From contig CP011215.1 of the NCBI GenBank assembly GCA_001029775.1, forward strand, positions 618,303 through 682,302: 64,000 nt of DNA, read 5' to 3'. Both the position numbers and the translations under genes were made by a program. The DNA is from Candidatus Campbellbacteria bacterium GW2011_OD1_34_28. Its GTDB lineage: Bacteria; Patescibacteriota; Minisyncoccia; Phycocordibacterales; UBA12079. Shown one piece after another: positions 48,992-60,112 of this stretch. The notes under the pieces were generated by a model. It was given only the letters and a program-made list of their open reading frames with translations. It was not told where the DNA came from and did not search any database. Each line of letters starts with the position of its first letter. Positions within the stretch are counted from its first letter, which is position 1.

Positions 48992-51031
48992 TTATTTTCT
49001 CTTTAACGGTTTTAGTTTTTTATTTTCTTGTGTTTTATTAGACATTTTTTCCAATTCTCTAATCTCATCTCTCAAAATAGCTGCTGTTTCAAAATCCAAA
49101 ATTTTTACAGCCGAATCCATTTGTCTTTTCTTTTCTATAACAAATCTCTTTGGATTTTTTTTCATCAATTCCAAATCCACTGCCAAAAGATTTCCAACGA
49201 TCTTTTCATGTTCACTACGCATCTGATCGGCGATGCTAGTGATTTTTTTACTAATTGTTTTTGGAGTAATGCCGTGTTTTTCATTGTACGCTATTTGGAT
49301 TTTTCTACGACGATCTGTTTCTTCAATCGCTTTTTGCATTGATTTAGTAACGTGGTCCGCATACAAAATCACTCGCCCATCCACATTTCTGGCAGCTCGT
49401 CCGATTGTTTGAATAAGAGAAGTTGCAGAGCGCAAAAAACCTTCCTTGTCTGCATCCAATATTCCAATCATAACAACCTCTGGCATATCAAGACCTTCTC
49501 GGAGCAAATTGACCCCAACCAAAATATCATATTTTCCTTTTCTAAAATCAGTAATTATATCTATTCTTTCAACTGTTCCAATATCGCTGTGTATATAAAC
49601 AGATTTAATTCCTCTCTCGTCCAAATATTCTGATAAGTCTTCTGCCATCTTTTTGGTCAATGTAGTTGCCAAAACACGCCCACCTTTTGCAATGGTTTTT
49701 TCCGCTTCGGCAATAAAATCTTGTACCTGCCCACCATGATCTTTTACCTGCTGAATTGGTTTTACAACAATCTGTGGGTCAACAAGACCTGTCGGACGAA
49801 TAATTTGTTCTGCAATATTTGTTGAATGTTCCATTTCATAAATCCCCGGAGTAGCGGATGTATAAACCACCTGTCCAATTTTCTTTTCAAATTCTTCAAA
49901 TGTTAGAGGTCTATTGTCCTTTGCACTTGGCAATCTAAAACCATATTCCACCAAAGTATTTTTTCGTGATCTGTCCCCTGCATACATGCCACCGATTTGT
50001 GGCACCGCTACGTGAGATTCGTCTATCACAGTCAAAAAATCTTCTGGAAAATAATCTAACAATGTGTAAGGTGGTTCACCTTCTTTTCTTTCGTCAAAAT
50101 ATCTGGAATAATTTTCTATTCCACTCACATAACCAATCTCTTTCATCAAAGCGATGTCGTATTTTGTACGCCTTTTTATTCTGTCCGCTTCCAACAATTT
50201 TCCCTCTTTCTCAAATTTTTTTAATTGTTTTTCCAAATCTTTTTCTATTTGTTTCAAGGCCTTTTCTTTTTTCTCTGGATTGGTAATAAAGTGTTTTGCA
50301 GGAAACAAAAAGTATAAATCTTTTTCTTCTAAAATAATTTGTGAAACGGGATCTATTTTTTGAATAGAATCTATCACGCCCCCTTCTATTTGAATACGAT
50401 AATTTTGCTTTTCATTAACGGGCATTATTTCTATTGCATTTCCGATCACACGAAACTTACCTGGTTCCAAATCGGCATTGGTTCTTTCAAAGAAAAGCGC
50501 TATCAAATCTCTGATAAATTTTCCTTGATTTATTTTTTCTCCCTTTTTTATTTTTAAATGAATTTTTTCATACTCTGTTGGGTTTCCCAGACCATAAATA
50601 CAAGAAACGGTTGCCACAACAATAACATCTTTTCTTGTCAGCAAAGATTGGGTCGTCGCATGTCGCAACCTCTCTACTTCGGCATTTATACTCGCCTCTT
50701 TTTCTATATATGTATCCGAAACAGCAACATAAGCTTCGGGCTGATAATAGTCGTAATAAGAAACAAAATAATGTACAGCATTTTCCGGAAAAAATTCTTT
50801 ATATTCTTGCGCCAATTGAGCAGCGAGGGTTTTGTTGTGGGTGATAACCAAAGTCGGTTTGTTTATTTTTGAAATCATATTGGCAACTGTAAAAGTCTTT
50901 CCTGATCCCGTGACACCCAAAAGAGTCTGGTGTCTCTCACCTTTTTTAAGACCTTTCATCAGAGATTCTATCGCCTGCTCTTGATCGCCTGCTGGTTTAT
51001 ATTCTGAATGTAATTTAAAATCAACTTTCAT
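48992..51031 (-). CDS. uvrB: Excinuclease ABC subunit B
   Basis: GVTGSGKT, YYDYYQPEAY, DESH, NLLREGLD, GRAARN; start reassigned to MKVDF. Confidence 0.97.
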   Translation of the reverse strand: MKVDFKLHSEYKPAGDQEQAIESLMKGLKKGERHQTLLGVTGSGKTFTVANMISKINKPTLVITHNKTLAAQLAQEYKEFFPENAVHYFVSYYDYYQPEAYVAVSDTYIEKEASINAEVERLRHATTQSLLTRKDVIVVATVSCIYGLGNPTEYEKIHLKIKKGEKINQGKFIRDLIALFFERTNADLEPGKFRVIGNAIEIMPVNEKQNYRIQIEGGVIDSIQKIDPVSQIILEEKDLYFLFPAKHFITNPEKKEKALKQIEKDLEKQLKKFEKEGKLLEADRIKRRTKYDIALMKEIGYVSGIENYSRYFDERKEGEPPYTLLDYFPEDFLTVIDESHVAVPQIGGMYAGDRSRKNTLVEYGFRLPSAKDNRPLTFEEFEKKIGQVVYTSATPGIYEMEHSTNIAEQIIRPTGLVDPQIVVKPIQQVKDHGGQVQDFIAEAEKTIAKGGRVLATTLTKKMAEDLSEYLDERGIKSVYIHSDIGTVERIDIITDFRKGKYDILVGVNLLREGLDMPEVVMIGILDADKEGFLRSATSLIQTIGRAARNVDGRVILYADHVTKSMQKAIEETDRRRKIQIAYNEKHGITPKTISKKITSIADQMRSEHEKIVGNLLAVDLELMKKNPKRFVIEKKRQMDSAVKILDFETAAILRDEIRELEKMSNKTQENKKLKPLKRK

Positions 51032-51242
51032 AACAACACTATATAACAAGAGACAAAATGATGCTATATATTTAAACATTGGACAAAAACAAAAAAATAC
51101 TCTAGTCTAAATATAGAGCATGGCTGTGATAGCCCCAAATTTCTTGGAGGGAGCAATAACCAACGATCAGAGGAACTGGAGGTCCCTCAATCAAACAGAG
51201 ACAAAAACAAACTCTCTCAAAAAAATTCAAGAGGACACGAAA

Positions 51243-51407
51243 ATGCCCAGCAAAGACGACGACATCACCTACAGTGACAATCTTGCACCCCCCTTCTCCA
51301 CCCTCGTCGGTGTTGAGAGTGGAAGAAGAGCCGAGGACGAAGACGGTAACCGTGGTTACGGCAAAACCGACGAAGAAGCCCGGGAAGACCTCGAGCGCCG
51401 CAAGTAA
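51243..51407 (+). CDS. Small acidic hypothetical protein
   Basis: GAGG SD before MPSKDDD, higher GC, terminator 51446-51471. Confidence 0.5.
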   Translation: MPSKDDDITYSDNLAPPFSTLVGVESGRRAEDEDGNRGYGKTDEEAREDLERRK

Positions 51408-51491
51408 TCTGAAATCCTACATGCGCTGATTAGCGCGAACCAAAAAAACCGGAGCATCACGCTCCGGTTTTATTATTTTCCTATTTTTTAT

Positions 51492-52031
51492 TTAATCATC
51501 CTCAAACTCGTCTTCACCTCCATTATTTATCGGTTGAGAAGTTGGCAATACGTTTGTATCTATCGTATTTGTTGTGCCTGTATTTTGACCAGAAACAGAT
51601 TTTATTTGAAAATCTCCTACATAATAATTTTTCAATATATCATAAGCAGTACCCGAATGTTTATGTCCACCAAGAATACCTGCAAAAAGATCTGTTGCTT
51701 CTTTTCCGCAACTGCTGACCAAGGTTTGTGTTCCACCCGGGTGAGCTGTCATATACGAAGTAATATTGTAAACCTTTCCGTCGACGACCATCCAACAATC
51801 ACTTTGCTTATTGTGTTGCGCAACAACAGAAGCACCCAACAATTTATTATTAACACCAGCGCTATTATTGATGTTACCCTCTGCAATATTAGAACCATTA
51901 TTATCAACAATTTCTAATCCCTGATTCACACTGTTTGGTTTACTAAATTCATAAGCAGTAAGACCAGCCGATAATATCGCCGTAACTACAATTCCAAAAA
52001 TAAACAAAGTTACAATAAATGTATTTTTCAT
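51492..52031 (-). CDS. Cytochrome b5-like heme-binding protein with N-terminal TM
   Basis: HNKQSDCWMVVDGKVYNIT...HPGG...CGKEAT..F...HS. Confidence 0.9.
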   Translation of the reverse strand: MKNTFIVTLFIFGIVVTAILSAGLTAYEFSKPNSVNQGLEIVDNNGSNIAEGNINNSAGVNNKLLGASVVAQHNKQSDCWMVVDGKVYNITSYMTAHPGGTQTLVSSCGKEATDLFAGILGGHKHSGTAYDILKNYYVGDFQIKSVSGQNTGTTNTIDTNVLPTSQPINNGGEDEFEDD

Positions 52032-52035
52032 GTTT

Positions 52036-53352
52036 TTATAATAGCTTAAATTCTTCCGTATGGATAGAATTTTTCTTAACACCTAATAAAACAAACTGTT
52101 TTTTGAGATTATTCATCATATTAAAAGGTCCACACATAAAAATATCTGTCTCTTCCAAATTTCCAACAGCATTGTTGATCACACCCGCATTTAAATGACC
52201 ACTTTCATCCGATGTATACAAATTTATTTTAATATTTTTAAGTTCTTTTTCTATGGCTAAAATCTCATCCACAAAAACTTTTTCATCGGCACTTTTGGTT
52301 GTGTAATAAAAATCTATTTTTAGACCATCGTGTTTATTCACTTTTAAATCTCTTAACATACTCAAAAACGGAGTTACACCAATACCGCCCGCAATCCAAA
52401 TCTGTTTTTTGTATTTACTTTTTAAATATGAAAATTCTCCAAAAGGACCTTCTATTTTTGCAATAATTCCTGTCTTTAAATTTTTTAATTCAGATGTCCA
52501 ATCACCAAGCGCTTTTATTGTAAGACGCAATTTATCATCATGTGGAGCCGAACTGATTGTAAATGGATGATATTCGTTGGAAACGTTTGCTCCTTCAAAT
52601 TTGATAAAAATAAACTGTCCAGCAGTAAATTGTATTTTTTTGTCCCTCGGGTTCATTATTATTTCTACAACATCTTTACCAAAAATATTCAAAGACTCAA
52701 CAATGTAAGTGATTTTTTTTGTCATAAAATTTCCAAGAATTGAACGCTGAAGATAAACTAGAATAGCAATGGCAGAAAATCCCAATATATAAACTCTCAG
52801 AAAAATATCTTGCGAAACATCACTCGGTGTCAAAAAAGTATGTAATGCTCCCAAGAAAAAAGCCGTTCCCAAAAATTTGTGAGCAAATTTTAAATTTGGA
52901 TATTTCCATTTTGCAAAAAAAGTTACAATCAAAATTGTTATCATTAGCAAAAGTGAAAAAATACCGAAATTAATTGTCCAATTTGAACTTGGTATTAAAA
53001 ACTTTGCCGAGGTAATAACAGAAATAGGAATAAGTTTTATGGCCAAAAGCAACGGATGTATTGCAAGAAAAACAAAAGATATCACACCCAATTTGTGGTG
53101 AATATTATAAACCTTGTCCAAACCTCCAAAATAATTTTCCAGAAAATGCAAACGGGCGCTTAGAATCAATGTAATAGCAAAAAGAATAATGCCTAAAAGG
53201 CCTGTTATTTGTCCAAAGCTAGTGAATATAGAGAAAAAATCTACAAATCTAGAATCAAGTGGTTTCATTATAATCCACAAAATCAACGGAATAATCGCGA
53301 TAAAAAATATAAAAACAATCCCCAGCCTATTTTTTAACCTGTGTGCTGACAT
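52036..53352 (-). CDS. Ferric reductase-like transmembrane protein with FAD/NAD-binding domains
   Basis: TM His pairs; HPFTISS; IEGPFG; IAGGIGVTPF; MCGP; EEF. Confidence 0.9.
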   Translation of the reverse strand: MSAHRLKNRLGIVFIFFIAIIPLILWIIMKPLDSRFVDFFSIFTSFGQITGLLGIILFAITLILSARLHFLENYFGGLDKVYNIHHKLGVISFVFLAIHPLLLAIKLIPISVITSAKFLIPSSNWTINFGIFSLLLMITILIVTFFAKWKYPNLKFAHKFLGTAFFLGALHTFLTPSDVSQDIFLRVYILGFSAIAILVYLQRSILGNFMTKKITYIVESLNIFGKDVVEIIMNPRDKKIQFTAGQFIFIKFEGANVSNEYHPFTISSAPHDDKLRLTIKALGDWTSELKNLKTGIIAKIEGPFGEFSYLKSKYKKQIWIAGGIGVTPFLSMLRDLKVNKHDGLKIDFYYTTKSADEKVFVDEILAIEKELKNIKINLYTSDESGHLNAGVINNAVGNLEETDIFMCGPFNMMNNLKKQFVLLGVKKNSIHTEEFKLL

Positions 53353-53424
53353 GACATAATTATAGCAAAAGAAAAAAACAGCGCTATTAACAAGACAAAT
53401 ATTTTATGTGTTAAAATAAAAGGC

Positions 53425-54402
53425 ATGGAAAATATTTTTATATTTATATTTGCGATGTTTATGGTTATCAAAGGAGCAACGATGGCAACCAAGTATTCTG
53501 CTCAATTGGCAAACAATTTTCATCTTTCAAAATATACTATCGGTTTTATCATAATTTCTTGTATCTCGATTTTACCAGAAACATTTATCGCTATAAATTC
53601 TGCTCTTACAGGTATTCCCTCTTTTGGCTTAGGGACTTTATTTGGAGGAAACATCGCCGACTTAACAATAGTCTTTGCTGTTGTTATTTTGCTTGCTGGA
53701 AGAGAGGTAAAGGTTGAAAGCAAAATAATTAAAAATCACAAAGTTTATCCTTTCTTTCTTATGTTGCCACTTGTATTGGGATTTGATGGTTTTCTCTCTC
53801 GTTTAGAAGGTATTGCACTTATTATCGCTGGTGGAGTTTTTTATTATCTTGCTTTTAAAGATGGAAATGAAATAAATCAAAATCTAAAAAACGGGAAAGA
53901 TAAATATAAAAATTTTTTGATGTTGTTATTTAGTATGGCCGTATTATTGATTGGATCACATTTTACTGTGACATCTGCTGTCACATTAGCAAATTCGTTT
54001 GGAATAAACCCGATACTAATAGGGATGTTTATTGTCGGACTTGGAACAACATTGCCAGAATTATTTTTTGCACTTAAATCTATTAAAAAAGATGATGACT
54101 CTTTGGCGATCGGGGATATTTTAGGGACTGTTATGGCCGACGCAACAATCGTGGTGGGTATTCTTGCTTTGATAAATCCATTTTCTTTTCCGCGAGAAAT
54201 TATTTTTATTACCGGATTATTTATGGTAATGGCATCTTTTATATTATTTGGCTTTATGAATTCGGGACAAAAAATTTCAAAAAGAGAAAGCTTTTTATTA
54301 TTCTTATTCTGGATTTTTTTTGTCCTCGTCGAATTTTTTGCAAGTCAAAGCACAGAAATATTAAATAATACTCGAGAATTAGCATTGAATATATTTAATT
54401 AA
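53425..54402 (+). CDS. Sodium/calcium exchanger family antiporter
   Basis: Two alpha repeats (SILPE, GTTLPE). Confidence 0.88.
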   Translation: MENIFIFIFAMFMVIKGATMATKYSAQLANNFHLSKYTIGFIIISCISILPETFIAINSALTGIPSFGLGTLFGGNIADLTIVFAVVILLAGREVKVESKIIKNHKVYPFFLMLPLVLGFDGFLSRLEGIALIIAGGVFYYLAFKDGNEINQNLKNGKDKYKNFLMLLFSMAVLLIGSHFTVTSAVTLANSFGINPILIGMFIVGLGTTLPELFFALKSIKKDDDSLAIGDILGTVMADATIVVGILALINPFSFPREIIFITGLFMVMASFILFGFMNSGQKISKRESFLLFLFWIFFVLVEFFASQSTEILNNTRELALNIFN

Positions 54403-54470
54403 GTATAATTTTTGTACAAAAAAATCGATATACTATTTATAGATAATCAAAACCTCCGACAGTGTCCATT

Positions 54471-55922
54471 TTATTTTCCTAAATCCAAAGTCTCGTCAAT
54501 GCGGATTTGTTTTACAAATTCTGGAACGTGACTTACCAAAACCATTGCTCCTTCATATTTGTCTAGTGCCTCAGCAATCACAGGAAGATGCCTAAAGTTG
54601 ATATGATTTGTTGGCTCATCAAGAATTAACAAAGTTGGTTTTAACAAAACCAATTGAGCAAATGCAACCAAACCTTTTTGACCTTCTGACAAATTTCCTA
54701 TTTTCGTATAAATAATATCTTTGTTAATTAAGAACCCCGAAGCCGTAGAGCGGAGATCTTCTTCAATATGTTTTTCCATCACCGAAGCCAAAGAATCATA
54801 AACAGTATCTTCAAAATTTAGTGTTGAAAAATCTTGTCTATAATAACCAACTCTCACTCCTTCGGTAATCACAGCTCCGTTAGCATCGTTGTTTGCCAAC
54901 GACTCTAACAAGGTGCTCTTTCCAATTCCATTGGGGCCTGAAAGAAGTAGGTGTTGTTTTTTCTTTAACGAAATTTCTGCTTTTTTCGTTACTTTTTTAT
55001 GGTTTTTAAAAATATCAAAAGAAGAAATATTTAAGATTTCACCAGTAACATTTGTTTGAACAGGAATAGTAAACGGACGAATAGTTTTATCTTCTCGCCT
55101 TACATCTATCTTTTCCTCCTCCATTTCTTCTACTTCGTCTCTCATCTTCTTTGCCAGCAATCTCATTCTACCTCCTTTCATTGCAAAGAAATTGGCTTTA
55201 TCTTTATTTTCCTGAATTTTTTTAGCCAACTGTGCATTCTTTCTGTTTTCTTTTTCAATTTGAACAGTAATCTGTTTTACCACATCAAAATAGTTTCCTA
55301 CATATTGTTCAATTTTTAATGTATAAAGGTTCAAATACAAAACACCGTCTGTAAAAGAATTTAAAAAATCGGCATCGTGCGAAATAACAATACATGTTTT
55401 TTGATAATCCAAAATAAACTTTGTTAAATGTTCTACCCCGCTTTTATCCAAATTGTTTGTTGGTTCATCCAAAAGCAAAATATCTGGATCTTGAATAAGT
55501 GCAGACGCCAAAAGCAATCGTGCTTGTTGACCGCCAGAAAAAGATTTGATTATTCTATCGTGTGGAGCTTGCAGATTTACCACTTCTAAAACATTATCTA
55601 TTTTTGGATCAATATCATAAACTTTTTCTTTGAAACATTTTTGAAAAAATTCTCGCACGGTTAAATCCATTTGATCTCTGGGAATAACTTGTTTTGAAAC
55701 AGCAATAGTCGCTCGTGGGTCAACATTAACGGCTCCACTTTCTGATTTAAATTCTCCTGTAATCAATTTCAAAATAGTGCTCTTCCCCGCACCGTTTTGT
55801 CCCATCAAAGTAATTTTGGAACCTCGTCGCACAGAAAAATCTACCTCATTTAAAATAGGTTTGTTATAGCCATAATTAAATGACACTTTATTAAATCTGA
55901 TTACCGCTCCGTTGTTTAACAT
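54471..55922 (-). CDS. ABC-F family ATPase
   Basis: Two ABC domains, LLDEPTNNLD / ILDEPTNH, no TM segments. Confidence 0.9.
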   Translation of the reverse strand: MLNNGAVIRFNKVSFNYGYNKPILNEVDFSVRRGSKITLMGQNGAGKSTILKLITGEFKSESGAVNVDPRATIAVSKQVIPRDQMDLTVREFFQKCFKEKVYDIDPKIDNVLEVVNLQAPHDRIIKSFSGGQQARLLLASALIQDPDILLLDEPTNNLDKSGVEHLTKFILDYQKTCIVISHDADFLNSFTDGVLYLNLYTLKIEQYVGNYFDVVKQITVQIEKENRKNAQLAKKIQENKDKANFFAMKGGRMRLLAKKMRDEVEEMEEEKIDVRREDKTIRPFTIPVQTNVTGEILNISSFDIFKNHKKVTKKAEISLKKKQHLLLSGPNGIGKSTLLESLANNDANGAVITEGVRVGYYRQDFSTLNFEDTVYDSLASVMEKHIEEDLRSTASGFLINKDIIYTKIGNLSEGQKGLVAFAQLVLLKPTLLILDEPTNHINFRHLPVIAEALDKYEGAMVLVSHVPEFVKQIRIDETLDLGK

Positions 55923-56108
55923 AATGTTCTCTATACTAACAAAAATATGAATAAAAGCTATAATCTAATTATCCATTGAATATAAAAAAAATTAATGTAA
56001 AATATGGGTTAATCAGACTAAAAGATTTTTCAAAGACATTTTGATGAAATAGTGGTTTTGATAAAAAAAACTTAATTAAAAATTAATAAAATAAATATAA
56101 ACAAAATT

Positions 56109-56231
56109 ATGGCAAAAAGAGAAACAGGTGTAGGAAAAGGAAGAGTATCTCGCTCAAAAAAGACAGCAAAAAGATTGACTATAAAAAGAGAGATGCTGGC
56201 TGCAAAAAAGACAAAGAAAAAGAGTAAATAA
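56109..56231 (+). CDS. 40-aa highly basic protein (not in ORF track)
   Basis: MAKRETGVGKGRVSRSKKTAKRLTIKREMLAAKKTKKKSK; followed by terminator 56236-56277. Confidence 0.65.
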   Translation: MAKRETGVGKGRVSRSKKTAKRLTIKREMLAAKKTKKKSK

Positions 56232-56339
56232 ATTTTTCAAAACAAAAATCACCCATTGGGGTGATTTTTGTTTTGAAACGGAAAATATGCAAAGCAAATT
56301 TTCCGTCTAAATTCTAAATTCTCTTTTCTAAATTCTCAT

Positions 56340-58118
56340 TTATTTTCTCTTATTCTTTGATCTCTCTGTTTCGGTCAAATGTTTCTTTCTCAAACGAACG
56401 CTCTTGGGAGTAATTTCTAGATATTCATCGTTCGCCATTACTTCAAGACCCGATTCAATAGAAATCTTTTTAGGTGGTATCAAAACAATGTTTTCATCAG
56501 ATCCAGCTGCTCTCATATTAGTCAATTGTTTTCCTTTTGTTGGATTTACCACCATCTCTTCGCCCTTTGAAGTATTCCCAACAACCATACCTTCATAAAT
56601 TTCTGTGTTTGCTTCTATATACAATTCCCCTCTCTCCTGTAGATTGTACAAAGAAAAACCAAGAGCCTTTCCTGTCGCCATCGATATCATTGAGCCAGTT
56701 GCCCTCTTTGCAATCTCTCCTGCGTATTCCTTGAAGCCAATCACACGACTAGAAATGATCCCCTCACCTTTTGTATCCACGATAAATTGTCCACGATAAC
56801 CCAAAAGACCTCTAGTTGGAATCTCAAAAATCAAACGAGTTGTATTTTCATGCTGTCTCATTGAAATAAGAATTCCTCTTCTCTTTCCCAGTTTTTCTAT
56901 TACAACTCCCTGGGCTTCATTTGGGACATCAACGGTCACTTCTTCGTAAGGTTCCAATTTCACTCCATCTTTTTCTTTTATAATAATGTGTGGTTGGGAT
57001 ACTTGAAGCTCGTAACCTTCTCTTCTCATATTTTCAAGCAAAACAGCAATGTGCAATTCTCCACGACCTGCTACTTTGTAATTTCCTTCTGAAAAATCTA
57101 CTTCCAAACCTACGTTTATTTCCAATTCTCTTTCCAATCTCTCTCGGATCTGTCGGCCTGTAACAAATTTTCCTTCTCTTCCTGCAAACGGAGAATTGTT
57201 TACCAAAAAATCCAAAGTGATTGTTGGTTCATCTACTTTGATAGCAGGCATTGGTTCTATATTCTCATCTGTTGTTATTGTCTCTCCAATAAAAACATCA
57301 GGAAGCCCAGCAAGCATAACAATATCGCCCGCAGTTACTTCTTTTGCTTCTTCACGAGACATTCCTTTAAATGTAAAGATTTTTGTTATCTTTCCTTTTC
57401 TTGTCTCTCCTGTGTGTTTTTTTACAAAAATATTTTCTCCGTCTTTTAAAACTCCGTCATAAATTCTGCAAATAGCCAATCGCCCAAGAAAATTGTCATA
57501 TCCCAAATTAAATACCTGTGCCTTTAAAGGAGCATTTGTATTTGAAGGTGCAGGAGAAACTTCTTCCAAAATAGTCTCTAACAAAGGAGTTAGATCTTTT
57601 GATTCATCTTCCAAATTTTTCTTTGCAATACCATCACGGCCAATTGCATAAACAGTTGTAAAATTTAGTTGTTCGTCGTTTGCTCCCAATTCCATAAACA
57701 ACTCAAAAACATCTTCACCTGCTTGTTGAGGATTCGCTGCTGGTTTGTCTATTTTATTTAAAACAACAATTGGTTTTAGACCCAATTCCAAAGATTTTTT
57801 CAAAACGAAACGAGTTTGTGGCATCGGGCCTTCTTGAGCATCCACAATCAAAAGAACCGAGTCAATGGAACGAAGCACGCGTTCTACTTCTGATCCAAAA
57901 TCGGCGTGTCCAGGAGTATCCACAATATTTATCTTTGTTCCTTTATAAATAAGAGACGTGTTTTTAGCATAAATAGTAATACCTCTTTCCTGTTCTATCT
58001 TGTCGGTATCCATACTCATTCCGTCAGCAAACATACCCGTCTGACGCATAATGGCATCCGTTATAGCTGTTTTTCCATGGTCCACATGGGCAATGATTGC
58101 GATGTTTCTAATTTCCAT
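56340..58118 (-). CDS. typA: Translational GTPase TypA/BipA
   Basis: [40 protein letters not shown]. Confidence 0.96.
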   Translation of the reverse strand: MEIRNIAIIAHVDHGKTAITDAIMRQTGMFADGMSMDTDKIEQERGITIYAKNTSLIYKGTKINIVDTPGHADFGSEVERVLRSIDSVLLIVDAQEGPMPQTRFVLKKSLELGLKPIVVLNKIDKPAANPQQAGEDVFELFMELGANDEQLNFTTVYAIGRDGIAKKNLEDESKDLTPLLETILEEVSPAPSNTNAPLKAQVFNLGYDNFLGRLAICRIYDGVLKDGENIFVKKHTGETRKGKITKIFTFKGMSREEAKEVTAGDIVMLAGLPDVFIGETITTDENIEPMPAIKVDEPTITLDFLVNNSPFAGREGKFVTGRQIRERLERELEINVGLEVDFSEGNYKVAGRGELHIAVLLENMRREGYELQVSQPHIIIKEKDGVKLEPYEEVTVDVPNEAQGVVIEKLGKRRGILISMRQHENTTRLIFEIPTRGLLGYRGQFIVDTKGEGIISSRVIGFKEYAGEIAKRATGSMISMATGKALGFSLYNLQERGELYIEANTEIYEGMVVGNTSKGEEMVVNPTKGKQLTNMRAAGSDENIVLIPPKKISIESGLEVMANDEYLEITPKSVRLRKKHLTETERSKNKRK

Positions 58119-58456
58119 ATCTTTTATAGGCTTTGATCCTTAAATTATTCAAATAAAAAAAGACGCCAAGCGACTTTGATGCAAAGATAATACATTAAAA
58201 TCTGAAAAGAATCAATAGAAAAGACAAGGCCATTTCTTAAAGAGGTTGACAAAATGCCTAAACTATAATACTCTTGCACGATAAGTTATATCTCATCGTA
58301 TCCATATATTTTTCTTGTTGGAACCAAAGAGATCCTAGTCGACTTATTTGGTTAGCAAGAAACATCTCAAGATACTTAATTTTTGTGATAAATGCGAAAA
58401 CAAAAATAGGGCATCGAACCCTATATCTTTTAATTTAAAGACTAGCAGGAAAAAAT

Positions 58457-59686
58457 ATGTTTAGAAAAAGAAATGTCCAGAGAAAAAGCTCTGGCAATAG
58501 TTCAAGTGCAAATAAAAATTTTAGAGGACAAGGAAAACGATTTAGTAAACCAAGTCGTTCTAGAAAATCTCGTTCAGGACAAAGCCAATTTAGTGATGTA
58601 TCAAAATTCATCAACAAGGCCGTTCCAGAAAAAAATGTAAAACCTTACACACCAAAAAACTCTTTTGCTGATTTTTTGATTGACGAAAATTTGAAAAGAA
58701 ATATTTTGAAAACAGGTTACAAACACCCAACACCAATTCAAGACCAAGCTATCCCCCACGTTTTAAATGGTTCTGATATTGTAGGAATAGCAAACACAGG
58801 AACTGGAAAAACCGCAGCTTTTATTATTCCTCTTTTGGACAAAGTAATCCGAAATAGAAAACAAAATATAATAATAATTGCTCCAACAAGAGAATTAGCA
58901 ATCCAAATCAATCAAGAATTGGTAAAATTTGCTTTTGGATTAAAAATATTTTCTGTATGTGCGGTAGGAGGAATGCCTATTTTCAGACAAATAAGTGATT
59001 TGCGTAGAAATTATAATTTTATAATCGGAACTCCAGGTAGAGTAAAGGATCTAGTTGATAGAGGTCATATACCATTGGAACAATTCCAAACAATTGTGCT
59101 AGACGAATCAGATCGTATGCTTGATATGGGATTTATCAATGATATGCGTTTTTTGATGTCAGCAATGCCTGAAAATCACCAGACTCTTTTCTTCTCTGCA
59201 ACATTGTCTGATGATATCAAAAATATCATTAACAATTTCTTGACAGACCCTATAAGTATTTCTGTTCGAGTAAATGATACCGCCAGCAGTATAGACCAAG
59301 ATGTTGTCTATGTAAAAAATGAGGTTAAATTGGATCTCTTGCACGATTTGTTGATCCAACCAGAATTTAACAAAGTTTTGATTTTTGGAAAAACAAAACT
59401 TGGAGTAGAAAAATTGTCCGAGCGTCTTTCTGGTCGTGGATTAAAAGTAAAATCAATTCACGGAAACAAAAATCACACACAACGCCAACATGCGTTAAAA
59501 TTGTTTAAAGAAAATACGGTAAACATTTTGGTGGCGACAGATGTAGCTGCTCGTGGACTGGATATCCCAAATATCAGTCACGTTATCAACTACGAACTCC
59601 CTTCTACTTATGAGGACTATATCCACCGTATCGGCCGTACTGGTCGTGGTGGAAAAGCAGGAAAAGCTTTGACTTTTATTGGGTAA
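58457..59686 (+). CDS. DEAD/DEAH-box RNA helicase
   Basis: Q motif PTPIQ, TGTGKT, PTRELA, DESD, SAT, HRIGRTGR. Confidence 0.95.
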   Translation: MFRKRNVQRKSSGNSSSANKNFRGQGKRFSKPSRSRKSRSGQSQFSDVSKFINKAVPEKNVKPYTPKNSFADFLIDENLKRNILKTGYKHPTPIQDQAIPHVLNGSDIVGIANTGTGKTAAFIIPLLDKVIRNRKQNIIIIAPTRELAIQINQELVKFAFGLKIFSVCAVGGMPIFRQISDLRRNYNFIIGTPGRVKDLVDRGHIPLEQFQTIVLDESDRMLDMGFINDMRFLMSAMPENHQTLFFSATLSDDIKNIINNFLTDPISISVRVNDTASSIDQDVVYVKNEVKLDLLHDLLIQPEFNKVLIFGKTKLGVEKLSERLSGRGLKVKSIHGNKNHTQRQHALKLFKENTVNILVATDVAARGLDIPNISHVINYELPSTYEDYIHRIGRTGRGGKAGKALTFIG

Positions 59687-59834
59687 ATCTTTGATCAAAA
59701 TTCTCCTATACATAATACATTTGATGTGATATGATTACATCAATCAAATCGTAGCTGTAGGAGAATTATGTCGGGTTTTATCAAACAGTCTTTTGTATTT
59801 GACCAGTTTATTAAAATTAATTTCTCTTATAGAA

Positions 59835-60032
59835 ATGAATACAGGAAAAATCGTTCGTTTAAACAATGGTTTTGGATTCATAACTCGTGAGGGTGAAGAA
59901 AAAGATCTTTTCTTCCACGCAAACGAATTAAAGAATGTACAATTCAACGAACTTAGAGAAGGAGATGAACTTTCTTTCGATTTAGCTGAAGGTCCAAAAG
60001 GACTTAACGCTGTAAACGTAAACAGAGTTTAA
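59835..60032 (+). CDS. csp: Cold-shock protein
   Basis: GFGFI, DLFFHA, GPKG..AVNV. Confidence 0.93.
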   Translation: MNTGKIVRLNNGFGFITREGEEKDLFFHANELKNVQFNELREGDELSFDLAEGPKGLNAVNVNRV

Positions 60033-60112
60033 ATCTTTTAGAAAAATGCAGAGGCTTCCGCCTCTGCATTTTTTGTTTCCACTTTTGAGACAATTTCTGT
60101 TAGAATATTGTT

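Noticed and set aside
59095-59125. DESD instead of DEAD in the helicase
   Set aside because: Within normal DExD variation; all other motifs are intact.
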